DNA of 64,000 nucleotides from Bacteroidota bacterium (lineage in GTDB: Bacteria; Bacteroidota; Ignavibacteria; UBA10030; BY39). Position 1 is the first letter of the stretch; each line of letters begins with the position of its first letter. Under the pieces are notes generated by a model, which had not been told where the DNA came from, did not search any database, and worked only from the letters and a program-made list of their open reading frames with translations. This document shows, piece by piece, positions 40,749 to 50,054 of this stretch. The stretch covers positions 8,547 to 72,546 of the forward strand of contig JASEGV010000004.1 of assembly GCA_030017895.1 (NCBI GenBank), in the 5' to 3' direction. A program made the position numbers and the translations under genes.

Positions 40749-43700
40749 ATGAAACCATTTATGAAGGCTTTTCCGAAATTTAAAAGCTCCATCTGGTATT
40801 TGGGGGTTCCTGTAATATTTTTCATTCAATTGGTATTAACTTATTTATTGAGTCCTTTTGAATCTTTCCTCCATAACACTCATCTCGCTGCTGCATTCTT
40901 TTCAAGCATAATAGTTTTTATATGTATTTTTTTGGTCATAAAATATTACAAAAACGTTAGAGAGACATGCCACGAATTAGCTATCTGCGCCATCAGATAC
41001 AAAACTCTTTTTGAATCAGCTAACGATGCAATTTTTTTAATGAAGGGAGAAACTTTTATTGATTGCAATCAGAAAACTTTAGAGATGTTTGGCTGCAAAC
41101 GGGAAGAAATAATAGGACAACCTCCATATAAATTTTCACCGCTTTGGCAACCTGACGGAAGGGATTCAAAAGAATCGGCATTAGAAAAAATTAATGCCGC
41201 TTTAGCCGGTATGCCACAAAGGTTCGAATGGCAGCATATTAAATTAAACGGCACCCCTTTCGATGTTGAAGTCTCTTTAAATAAGGTAGAGGTCAACAAC
41301 GAATGCATGATTCAAGCAATTGTTCGAGATATATCTGAGAGAAAAGTTGCTGAAAAAGCGATACACGAATTCGTAACTCATTTTTCAGTAATCAGCGAGC
41401 AATTACCAGCAACAATTTGGACTGTTAATAAAAACTTAGAATTTACATCTTCAACAGGTTTAGCTTTAAAAAAATTAGGGTTAGAAAAAAACCAAGTGGT
41501 AGGTTCTACTCTTTTCGATTATTTTAAAACCGACGACCCCGATTTCTCTGCGATAAAATATCATCTCAAGGCATTAGAAGGAATAAAATCGGATTATGAT
41601 ATTGTATGGAATGGTAGATATTTACAATCCTCGGTTGAACCTCTTAAAAATGTTCAAGGTGAAATTATTGGTGTAATCGGTGTAGCATTGGATGTTACCG
41701 AACGAATACAAACTGAAATTGAACTTCAAAAGAAGGAAGAAATTTATAAGACATTAGTTACCAACGCCAACGACGCTATATATCTAATAACGAACGAATC
41801 ATTCATATATGTAAATCCCAAATTTGAAGAAATAACGGGCTACAAACAGGATGAAATTTGCAACCCATATTTCAACTTTACACAATTGCTAACTCCTAAA
41901 AGCAAAATTATTGTTGAAGCCCGACGATTAGCTCGTCAGCGTGGTGAAACTATTCCATCGAAATACGGATTTCAAATTATCACTAAAACGGGGCAAGTAA
42001 AAGAGGTAGAAACAAACACTGTTCTGATTCCCAATAATTCAAATACTCTACAAATTTTAGGTATAATGAGGGACATAACCGAAAAAATTACTGCATATAC
42101 ATTACAGCAGAAATTACAAATGCAGCTTGAAATATTTTTCCGCACATCGATGGACGGCTGCTTTTTTATGTTGATTCCGGAAGGAGAAGAATTTTTTTGG
42201 AACGATTCAATCGATATAGATAAAGTGCTCGATTTTGTTTTTAATAACATGAAAATAACTATGGCAAACAAAGCTATGCTTGAACAATATGGAGCTAAAG
42301 ACGAGTCTGAACTTATTGGGCTATCGACAAATGAACTTTACCGACACGACGTTGAATATGGTAAGAGGGGGCTGAGAGAATTTTTGGATAAGGGTTATTT
42401 AAGAATTGTTACACAAGAACGAAAATTTAACGGAGAGCAAATATGGATTGACGGACAATACGTTGTTATGTTAAACGAAGAAGGAAAAGTGTTTGGCTAT
42501 TTTGGTGTTCAAAGGGATATAACCGAAAAGCTGAAGGAAGAAGAAGAGAAGAAAAAGCTCGAATTCCAATTGTTTCAATCTCAAAAACTTGAAGCCCTTG
42601 GTACCCTTTCTGGCGGTATTGCACACGATATAAATAATATTTTAGGAATCATCGTCGGAGCTGTTGAACTTGCGAAACTTAAAACAGATAATAAAGAAAT
42701 AGAAGACTACCTCGGCATGATTTCGAACTCCGCCGACCGTGCCGTTAATGTGGTAAAACAACTTTTATTTTTTACACGTGCCAAAGATATTAACTTACAA
42801 CCGTTATCGCCTATCAAATTAATCCAAGATATACAAAATATTTTAATTTATACTCTCCCCAAAAATATCGATATTAAAGTCGAGATAAATACTGATAATA
42901 AAACTACAATTTATTGCGACGAGAGCTTAATTCAACAAACTTTAATGAATATCGCAATTAATGCCCGCGATGCTATGCCCGATGGAGGAAATCTTATTTT
43001 TTCGGTGAACGAATTAAGTTGCGATGAGATAAAACATAAATTAGGCATCGCCGTTAATTCAAAATTTTTGATAATAAATATCAGCGATACTGGACATGGA
43101 ATAGACGAAGCAATTCAAAATCGCATTTTCGACCCCTTCTATACCACTAAAGAACAAGGTAAAGGGACCGGTTTAGGTTTATCAATCGTCTATCGTATCA
43201 TCAAACAGCATAACGGCTATATTGATGTAACAAGTCAAGTAGGGCACGGAACCACATTCTCAATTTATCTTCCGATTATTGTAGAGCCACCTGCCGAAGC
43301 CCCATCGCGTCCGCCATCTAAAAAAGATGATGGGCATCGTACAATTCTTGTTATAGATGATGAAGACATGTTACGATCGTTGCTAACCGAAATGCTGACA
43401 GACTCCGGCTATAAAGTACTCGTTGCGTCGAATGGATTAGAAGCTATAGAAATTTATCAAAAACAAAAAAATGAAATCGACTTAGTTATCAGCGATATCG
43501 GGATGCCCAAAATGGGGGGTGAAGAAACATTCAAACAACTAAAATTAATGAGGGGGGATGTTAAGTTAATTTTTATTTCCGGCTTCCTTGAGATTGAGAA
43601 AAAAATTGAACTCGAAAATTTAGGTATTTGTGGTTTCATTCAGAAACCATTTCAGGCATATCAACTTCTGAACTTCATACATCAGATATTAAAACTATAA
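40749..43700 (+). CDS. Membrane-anchored multi-PAS hybrid sensor histidine kinase / response regulator
   Basis: Two N-terminal TM segments and several PAS modules. HisKA box GIAHDINNIL, HATPase N/G boxes (NARDAM, DTGHGI, GTGLGLS), and a C-terminal receiver (ILVIDDE...DLVISDIGMPKMGG). Confidence 0.9.
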   Translation: MKPFMKAFPKFKSSIWYLGVPVIFFIQLVLTYLLSPFESFLHNTHLAAAFFSSIIVFICIFLVIKYYKNVRETCHELAICAIRYKTLFESANDAIFLMKGETFIDCNQKTLEMFGCKREEIIGQPPYKFSPLWQPDGRDSKESALEKINAALAGMPQRFEWQHIKLNGTPFDVEVSLNKVEVNNECMIQAIVRDISERKVAEKAIHEFVTHFSVISEQLPATIWTVNKNLEFTSSTGLALKKLGLEKNQVVGSTLFDYFKTDDPDFSAIKYHLKALEGIKSDYDIVWNGRYLQSSVEPLKNVQGEIIGVIGVALDVTERIQTEIELQKKEEIYKTLVTNANDAIYLITNESFIYVNPKFEEITGYKQDEICNPYFNFTQLLTPKSKIIVEARRLARQRGETIPSKYGFQIITKTGQVKEVETNTVLIPNNSNTLQILGIMRDITEKITAYTLQQKLQMQLEIFFRTSMDGCFFMLIPEGEEFFWNDSIDIDKVLDFVFNNMKITMANKAMLEQYGAKDESELIGLSTNELYRHDVEYGKRGLREFLDKGYLRIVTQERKFNGEQIWIDGQYVVMLNEEGKVFGYFGVQRDITEKLKEEEEKKKLEFQLFQSQKLEALGTLSGGIAHDINNILGIIVGAVELAKLKTDNKEIEDYLGMISNSADRAVNVVKQLLFFTRAKDINLQPLSPIKLIQDIQNILIYTLPKNIDIKVEINTDNKTTIYCDESLIQQTLMNIAINARDAMPDGGNLIFSVNELSCDEIKHKLGIAVNSKFLIINISDTGHGIDEAIQNRIFDPFYTTKEQGKGTGLGLSIVYRIIKQHNGYIDVTSQVGHGTTFSIYLPIIVEPPAEAPSRPPSKKDDGHRTILVIDDEDMLRSLLTEMLTDSGYKVLVASNGLEAIEIYQKQKNEIDLVISDIGMPKMGGEETFKQLKLMRGDVKLIFISGFLEIEKKIELENLGICGFIQKPFQAYQLLNFIHQILKL

Positions 43701-43713
43701 AAATTACGTGTAT

Positions 43714-44388
43714 ATGTGCGGACGTTTTTCACTTAAAAGTACAATTCAAGCGATTGAAGATGAGTTCTCGATTGAAGAATCCGAAATCGAAATATTACCT
43801 CGTTATAATATCGCTCCGACACAAGATGTTTCTGTAATAACAAATGAGAATAAAACCCGGCTCGTTTCATTCAGATGGGGACTAATTCCTTCGTGGGCAA
43901 AAGACCAAAATATTGGAAATAAAATGATTAACGCAAGAGCAGAAACTTTAACTCAGAAAGTAAGTTTCAAAAATGCCTTAAAGAAGAAACGCTGTTTAAT
44001 AATTGTTGATGGATTTTATGAGTGGAAAAAAACAGCAAGCGAAAAGGCACCTATGTTTATCTCCTTAAAAAACGAAAAACCATTTGCTTTTGCAGGATTG
44101 TGGGAAGCATGGAAAACACCCGCGGGCAAACTTATTAGAACCTGCACAATTATTACTACAACCCCGAATGAGCTTATTTCACCGATTCATAATCGAATGC
44201 CTGTAATTTTACCAAAGGAATTTAGAAATTATTGGCTTGAATCTAACAATTTCGACGAAAACAAACTCATTGAATTATTAAAACCTTTCCCAGCGAAAGA
44301 AATGGTTGCGTACGAAGTCTCTAAATATGTGAACTCACCTATCAACGATAGCCCCATGTGCTGTGAACCAATTTATAGAACCACTTGA
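43714..44388 (+). CDS. SOS-response-associated peptidase (SRAP/YedK family, abasic-site processing)
   Basis: Starts MCGRF (catalytic Cys2), then ..YNIAPTQ.., WGLIPSW, INARAET, and HNRMPVIL. Start set to ATG 43714 rather than the track's GTG 43708. Confidence 0.9.
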   Translation: MCGRFSLKSTIQAIEDEFSIEESEIEILPRYNIAPTQDVSVITNENKTRLVSFRWGLIPSWAKDQNIGNKMINARAETLTQKVSFKNALKKKRCLIIVDGFYEWKKTASEKAPMFISLKNEKPFAFAGLWEAWKTPAGKLIRTCTIITTTPNELISPIHNRMPVILPKEFRNYWLESNNFDENKLIELLKPFPAKEMVAYEVSKYVNSPINDSPMCCEPIYRTT

Positions 44389-44448
44389 CAACTGGTCTCA
44401 AGTTTAATATATTACATCAGCTTAACTAATTAATATAGGAGACTTTTT

Positions 44449-45492
44449 ATGTACAATCTGTTCACAAAAAATAATGTGTCTCTTTTTGTTCTTGTAGTTT
44501 TTCTCGTACTCAGCCTAATTATAGTTGGCTGTCAAAAGGAAACACAAACTGTTGTATCACCGACCGCTGATCAAAGCAGCGTTCATTTTTCCAAACAAAC
44601 AGCACAGCTTAAATCTGTGATGGATGTTCAAAACAAGCATACCGACCGCCTACTTTCGTTGGAAGATGTGATTGGAACCGCCACATCAACAACTGCTGAT
44701 GGCAAATTCGCAATCAGGATTTTGACAAAATCGGATAAAGCAAAAGGATTGCCAAGTTCGATAGATGGAATTCCTGTTATTGTAGATAATATAGGCGTAG
44801 TAACTGCTTTTGCTTTAACAAAACGTTATACGAGACCTGTTCCGATTGGTGTATCAATTGGAAATATAAATGAATGTGCTGCCGGGACACTTGGCTGTGC
44901 AACCGAAAAAAATGGAGTCCGATACATTCTTACTAACAATCATGTAATTGCCCGTGAGAATGTTGCACAAATTGGAGAAGCAATTGTTCAACCTGGTCGC
45001 TACGACAACAAGCCACGATGTGCACTACGCACAACCGACATCATAGGAAATCTTTCCGATTTTGAGCGAATCACTTTTTCGACATCTGCAAATAATGTAA
45101 TTGATGCCGCCATTGCCTCAACAACAACAGCGAATGTTGGTGTATCAACTTTAGTTGCATACTACGGAACTCCAAGTTCAACTCTCGCAACTGCTGTTAT
45201 CGGTATGGCGATAATGAAAGTTGGCAGAACTACAAGCCAAACTACCGGAACAATTACAGGTGTTAACGTAACTATTAATGTTAGTTACTCGAGCGGCATA
45301 GCACGATTTTCAAATCAATTTATGACTTCAAAATCGTTCTGCAAATCGGGCGACAGCGGTTCACTGGTAGTAACTAATCCGGGTAAAAATCCTGTAGGGC
45401 TCTTATTTGCAGGGGCTAGCGACGGGACAACATTTTGCAACCCGATTAGTGATGTTCTGCAAAGGTTTGGTGTAACAATAGCTACACAATAA
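44449..45492 (+). CDS. Secreted chymotrypsin-fold (S1) serine protease lipoprotein with N-terminal pro-like domain
   Basis: Lipobox IIVGC. Catalytic triad context LTNNHV (His), IDAAIA (Asp) and CKSGDSGS (Ser). Confidence 0.75.
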   Translation: MYNLFTKNNVSLFVLVVFLVLSLIIVGCQKETQTVVSPTADQSSVHFSKQTAQLKSVMDVQNKHTDRLLSLEDVIGTATSTTADGKFAIRILTKSDKAKGLPSSIDGIPVIVDNIGVVTAFALTKRYTRPVPIGVSIGNINECAAGTLGCATEKNGVRYILTNNHVIARENVAQIGEAIVQPGRYDNKPRCALRTTDIIGNLSDFERITFSTSANNVIDAAIASTTTANVGVSTLVAYYGTPSSTLATAVIGMAIMKVGRTTSQTTGTITGVNVTINVSYSSGIARFSNQFMTSKSFCKSGDSGSLVVTNPGKNPVGLLFAGASDGTTFCNPISDVLQRFGVTIATQ

Positions 45493-45506
45493 AAATTATC
45501 TTAAGT

Positions 45507-45530
45507 AGAGGCACGCGATGGCGTGTCTCT
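45507..45530 (+). terminator. Possible weak terminator hairpin after the protease gene
   Basis: AGAGGCACGC / GCGTGTCTCT is a 10-bp stem (one G-T pair) with loop GATG. It is followed only by a modest T-rich tract (ACAATTTATTT). Confidence 0.4.
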
Positions 45531-45550
45531 ACAATTTATTTGGTGGCAAA

Positions 45551-45877
45551 ATGAAAATTCAATATTTGTTCGCCGTAGGCGGATTCGCATTCATCGTATC
45601 GATATCAATCATCAACTTTGATTGTACAACTCAAAAAACTACACTATCACATAAATACAAAAGCATGAGAACAATCGAACAAGTTTTAGAAGAAAACACT
45701 CCACGACTTATGCTGATTCCCGGTGTAGTAGGAACAGCTATCGGAGAATGTAACGATACGCCCTGCATCAAAGTGTTAGTAAACGTTTTCACCGAAGAAC
45801 TCGAATTAAAAATTCCCAAATCGATAGAGGGTTTCGCAATCGAAATTGAAGAAGTCGGGGAAATCCGACCGCTCTAA
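45551..45877 (+). CDS. Small secreted protein paralogous to the protease N-terminal pro-like domain
   Basis: Signal/TM N-terminus. The segment LIPGVVGTAIGE...IKVLV...LKIPKSIEGFAIEIEEVGEI aligns with LEDVIGTATST...IRILT...GLPSSIDGIPVIVDNIGVV of the preceding protease. Start moved to ATG 45551, past the hairpin. Confidence 0.5.
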   Translation: MKIQYLFAVGGFAFIVSISIINFDCTTQKTTLSHKYKSMRTIEQVLEENTPRLMLIPGVVGTAIGECNDTPCIKVLVNVFTEELELKIPKSIEGFAIEIEEVGEIRPL

Positions 45878-45878
45878 A

Positions 45879-47300
45879 TTATTTCTTCACTCTTCCAAGA
45901 TACCAAACACTTATCGAGACTAACAAGCCGGGAAACATCGGCTCGATTCCCAAAGGATAACTTTTAGTCAGACCGCCCGCTACAACATACCCGCTAATCA
46001 ACCACACCAACGATGTTAACCAACCAAGCAGCATCGAGAAGAAAGCGTAATCGGGCTTCATTTCTAATTTCTTAAAATAACTTGTAATCAACGGAACAAA
46101 AAGCCCTGGAATTACTACTGTTCCTATAGTGTACCAAATTTTGATGACGCTTGGTATAGCAAAAGCAATCAAAACAGAAAATATAAAAGATACTACTAAA
46201 CCAATTCTGGTGTATTTAGTAACGAGATTATCATTCGATATTCGATATTCGATATTCGATATTCGTTCGTTGCTTTTTAATCTGAGGAAAATATCCCTTC
46301 CCAATGTTTGGGCTGATACAAGACCGAGCGTGTTCAGTGTGGACATCATTGTTGCTAACATCCCGGCAAAGAAGAGTCCTTTGGCAGCCGGTGGCAGAAT
46401 TAATTCAGCCAACTGCGGGTAAGCCATAATCGGTTGCGAAAGATTTGGAAGCGCTGCACGTGCATACATTCCGGTAAACGAGGTCATCATATCAAAGATA
46501 AACCAAAAAATTATAGAAATAAATATACCTCGTTGTGCAGTTTTACCATCCTTTGCTGCATAACATCGTTGGTAAAAAGCCGGATCAACGAGAGTCCATA
46601 AAGCAATAAAAAACCATACTACGATATACTGCGGATTATGTCCGCCGTGCCATACGAGATGCAACGATGGTAAATTTTCCTGTAAAAACTGAACTCCTCC
46701 AAATTTTAAGAAAGCAAAAGGCAAAATTATGGCAAAGCCGATGAACATAACAATGAACTCAAAAACATCTGTGTAAATATCAGATCGGAAACCACCGAAG
46801 TAGAGGTACGATAAAGCGACAACAGCAGTAACTAATACGCTTGTAAAAAAAGTCCATCCGAACATCATTTGAAAAATTACACTCAGCATCAACACATAAG
46901 GAGCTGGTGTCATCAAAATAAATGTGAGTAACGAACCAAGCAAAGCAGTTTTCCTTCCGTACGCTTTATGAAGTTGATCAGGAATCGAGACCAAATTTGT
47001 TTCCCGAATTCGTTTTGCAAGAAAAGCTGCAAATATTGCAGCAAAAAAGTAGTAAGGAACTCCCTGCAAAAACCAGTTTGAAATTCCGTAACGATATGAG
47101 AACTCACCGACACCAAGTATTCCACCATACCAGGTTGATACCAAACTCATTACGAACAGAGGGAGTGTTAACGAGCGTCCCGCTAAAAGAAAATCGACTT
47201 CATCTTTTTTTGTCTTACGGGCGAATGCAAAACCTATAAAAACAACAGCGGCAAAATAAAGAATTACCACTATGTAATCCAGTAAATGGAATGTGATCAT
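45879..47300 (-). CDS. Sodium:solute symporter (SSS) family transporter
   Basis: 473 aa with about 13 TM segments and an SSS-like N-terminal region (..FLLAGRSLTLPLFVMSLVSTWYGG..). Confidence 0.85.
   Translation of the reverse strand: MITFHLLDYIVVILYFAAVVFIGFAFARKTKKDEVDFLLAGRSLTLPLFVMSLVSTWYGGILGVGEFSYRYGISNWFLQGVPYYFFAAIFAAFLAKRIRETNLVSIPDQLHKAYGRKTALLGSLLTFILMTPAPYVLMLSVIFQMMFGWTFFTSVLVTAVVALSYLYFGGFRSDIYTDVFEFIVMFIGFAIILPFAFLKFGGVQFLQENLPSLHLVWHGGHNPQYIVVWFFIALWTLVDPAFYQRCYAAKDGKTAQRGIFISIIFWFIFDMMTSFTGMYARAALPNLSQPIMAYPQLAELILPPAAKGLFFAGMLATMMSTLNTLGLVSAQTLGRDIFLRLKSNERISNIEYRISNDNLVTKYTRIGLVVSFIFSVLIAFAIPSVIKIWYTIGTVVIPGLFVPLITSYFKKLEMKPDYAFFSMLLGWLTSLVWLISGYVVAGGLTKSYPLGIEPMFPGLLVSISVWYLGRVKK
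46233..46265. repeat. Heptanucleotide tandem repeat (ATTCGAT x4.7) inside the SSS CDS
   Basis: Direct reading: attcgat attcgat attcgat attcgat attcg. It encodes ..RISNIEYRISN.. in the transporter frame. Confidence 0.9.
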
Positions 47301-47443
47301 AAGATTATTAATATAATTTGCCGCTCAACTGCCACATAATGAATTTCTATTCGGGGGTAAATAGAGTGATTCATCAGAGCAAATGTGAGCGGCATTTGTT
47401 TCTTCTCCGCCGAAGTTCCAAAAGCATTCGGGATAAAGGCGGA

Positions 47444-49960
47444 TTAAAATTGGACTTTGAGAGTTAAAAAAACATTTCGGGTCGCTGCCGGAATCCAATA
47501 CGGAACTCCTTCCTCAACGTACCCACTCGACTCGTATAAGCGATTCAATAAATTATTTCCGATTAAATTAATTTCAATATCAAAGTTGTCAGAAATATTT
47601 TTTAGCTCATAAGCAATGCCGCCATTCAAAACAGTAAAAGGCGAAATCGCTACCTGTTTGTTTTCTGTATTATCTAAATATATCCTTCCGACATTCTGCA
47701 AAAGGATCGATGCTTTTAGCGGGAGTGATAATTTTTCAAAATTATAGGTGAGACGGAGATTACTTAAATTAGTAGGGAATCCGCCTAAACGTTTATTGTT
47801 GTAAATAATTTCTTTGATTGTTGGAGGAGTTGTAGCCCAATCCGTTACAACATATTCCGAGTGTTTGATAAAACGATCGTCGTTGAAAGATATGTTACCG
47901 TCAAGATATAACTCTTCGAATAATTTGAATCTTCCTGTTAATTCAACACCTCGATGAACTGACTGTTCGGCATTGCCTGATATTGGAACGCCATTATCAT
48001 CGATCTGACCTGTCGGGATAATTTCGTCACGGAAATCCATCAAGTATAAATTGAACTTTAAATTAATATCATCGGTTCGATAACCAGAACCGATTTCATA
48101 ATTCACTAATTTTTCGGGCTTGAGTTCCTTCCCAACAAACCTATACACATCACCATCCTTTAAAAAATTCTTGGCAAGATTGATTGGGCTTATCCAATAA
48201 TCTTGCGGGTTATAAATATCTTTGAAAGCCGGTTCACGTTTTGCCATAGAAACATTGGCAAAAACATTCAGAGCATCGGTAAAATTATAATTAATACCGC
48301 CACGAGGTGTTACAAATGTATACTTCCTTTCAAACTCAACTAAATATCTTTTCTCATTTTTCAACTTGATGTTATGATGGCGAATTTGTAAATCGGTCAT
48401 TATAGTTAACTCAGGTAACAATTGATACAAAGAATGGACATAAGCCGCAATCGAAGTTTTCGGGACAACATAATCGTAGTAACGCCAGTTGGGTGAAATA
48501 TTTGATGGAAAGAGGTTCGCCCAAGTTACTTCGCCGAAATGATGCCCCGAATGGTAACGATACTCGCCACCAATAACTATATTTCCTTTGCTGTGTTTGA
48601 AAGTAAAACGAGGTAACCAACCGTAATCGAGATCATCAACTAATCGCTTTCGAGTTAAATCGAGACGGCGTATTTCGAACAGACCTACAGCATCCCGAAC
48701 CGGATTACCAAGTGCATCTGTCTTGTAATAATTAGCCGGCAACATTGTTGAATCAGCAACTTTGAATCGCGGAATGTTGTATTCACGAACATCACGCCTC
48801 GCACGAAATTGTGTATAATTTCCTTCTCCAAGAAAAACAAACCATGTATTTTCGAGACGCATTTTTTCAGTAATCTGCCAATCGTTTATAAACTGATAAT
48901 GCGGCTGATAGAAATTATCAATTTCATTAGGATATTGGAACGGATTAGTTCTTCGGGAATCAGAATTCTTCAAAGAATCTCGAATAACACCGCGATACGA
49001 AAGGTAACTCTGTTCCGGTCCGCCAAAGATGTTTATTCTTGTAACCATATTCGCATCGTAACGAGTTATTCCAAAAAAATAAGACCATAATTTCGACCAA
49101 GAGGGTTTGCGATAACCATCGGTTTCGATACGGGTAAAACGACCGTATAAATTGTATGTATTATCGATTAGACCCGAGTTAGCCGAGATGGAAAACCTGC
49201 GCGTATTAAAAGTTCCATAACCGGCATCAAATTGAACTTTAGGTAAGTGTGTAAAACCGGCAGTAATCAAATTCACCGAGCCGCCGAAAGCTGAAGCACC
49301 ATATAACGAATTTCCCACTCCACGCTGAACTTGAATGTCTTCTGTGTTTGCTGAAATGTCTGGATGATCGATCCAGAAGACTTCGTGCGACTCGGCATCG
49401 TTGAGCGGCACTCCATTAATCATAACGCCGATTCTACGCTGATCAAACCCACGAATTTTCAAGTAAGAATATCCGATTCCATTCCCGTTATCAGAGTAGG
49501 AATAAACGTTGGGAAGTTCGTTCAACAACATCGGCACATCCTGAGCCCAATGTTTCGATTCGATTTCTTTTCGCGTCAGGTTAGCGAAAGCCACCGGAGT
49601 TTCCCGCTCTTTTGCACGCGTTGCTGTAACTACTACTTCCTGCCCTGAAAGTATAGTAGGTTCTAACTCGAATGTGATGTTGGTTGTTTCAGAGGGTTTA
49701 ACATAAACAGTTTTTTTCTGAACCTTAAATCCTAGATAACTTGCACTTATAGAATAAGTACCCGGCTCAATATTTTCTAGAACAAACTTTCCATCGAAAT
49801 CAGAGCTTGTTCCGGTTTTTATTCCTTCCAGGATAACGGAAGCACCCGATAAATCTTTATTATTTTCTTTATTTCTGACAGTTCCTTTGATGCGTCCTGT
49901 TGCGGCTGAAACATCAAAATAAAAAGTCATAAATATTATTATTGCTATTATCTTCTTCAT
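47444..49960 (-). CDS. TonB-dependent receptor with CarboxypepD_reg-like N-terminal domain (TPP-riboswitch controlled)
   Basis: Signal peptide, GRIKGTVRNKENNKDLSGASV (CarboxypepD_reg), a plug, and a long barrel ending ..LTLKVQF. GGAG RBS lies upstream of ATG 49960. Confidence 0.9.
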   Translation of the reverse strand: MKKIIAIIIFMTFYFDVSAATGRIKGTVRNKENNKDLSGASVILEGIKTGTSSDFDGKFVLENIEPGTYSISASYLGFKVQKKTVYVKPSETTNITFELEPTILSGQEVVVTATRAKERETPVAFANLTRKEIESKHWAQDVPMLLNELPNVYSYSDNGNGIGYSYLKIRGFDQRRIGVMINGVPLNDAESHEVFWIDHPDISANTEDIQVQRGVGNSLYGASAFGGSVNLITAGFTHLPKVQFDAGYGTFNTRRFSISANSGLIDNTYNLYGRFTRIETDGYRKPSWSKLWSYFFGITRYDANMVTRINIFGGPEQSYLSYRGVIRDSLKNSDSRRTNPFQYPNEIDNFYQPHYQFINDWQITEKMRLENTWFVFLGEGNYTQFRARRDVREYNIPRFKVADSTMLPANYYKTDALGNPVRDAVGLFEIRRLDLTRKRLVDDLDYGWLPRFTFKHSKGNIVIGGEYRYHSGHHFGEVTWANLFPSNISPNWRYYDYVVPKTSIAAYVHSLYQLLPELTIMTDLQIRHHNIKLKNEKRYLVEFERKYTFVTPRGGINYNFTDALNVFANVSMAKREPAFKDIYNPQDYWISPINLAKNFLKDGDVYRFVGKELKPEKLVNYEIGSGYRTDDINLKFNLYLMDFRDEIIPTGQIDDNGVPISGNAEQSVHRGVELTGRFKLFEELYLDGNISFNDDRFIKHSEYVVTDWATTPPTIKEIIYNNKRLGGFPTNLSNLRLTYNFEKLSLPLKASILLQNVGRIYLDNTENKQVAISPFTVLNGGIAYELKNISDNFDIEINLIGNNLLNRLYESSGYVEEGVPYWIPAATRNVFLTLKVQF

Positions 49961-49990
49961 ATTAAATCTCCATTGTTTGTATAAAAATGA

Positions 49991-50044
49991 AATCGCCGTT
50001 TGCCTGGCTTTGGATAATACAGAAAAGACAGAAAAACGGCGATT
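49991..50044 (-). terminator. Riboswitch expression platform: terminator hairpin
   Basis: Minus-strand RNA AAUCGCCGUUU (50034-50044) ... AAACGGCGAUU (49991-50001) followed by UCAUUUUUAU. The motif GGCAAACGG occurs both in the 3' strand of aptamer P1 and in the 3' arm of this hairpin, so the 5' arm has two mutually exclusive partners. Confidence 0.6.
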
Positions 50045-50054
50045 CTACAAACAT

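Noticed and set aside
46233-46265. Tandem repeats (46233, 57000) or the 450-bp-spaced 74-bp repeats (51334/51784) as a CRISPR array.
   Set aside because: Unit sizes of 7 and 4 bp have no spacers. The 74-bp repeats occur only twice, are coding, and have gene-sized 'spacers'. No cas genes are in the window.
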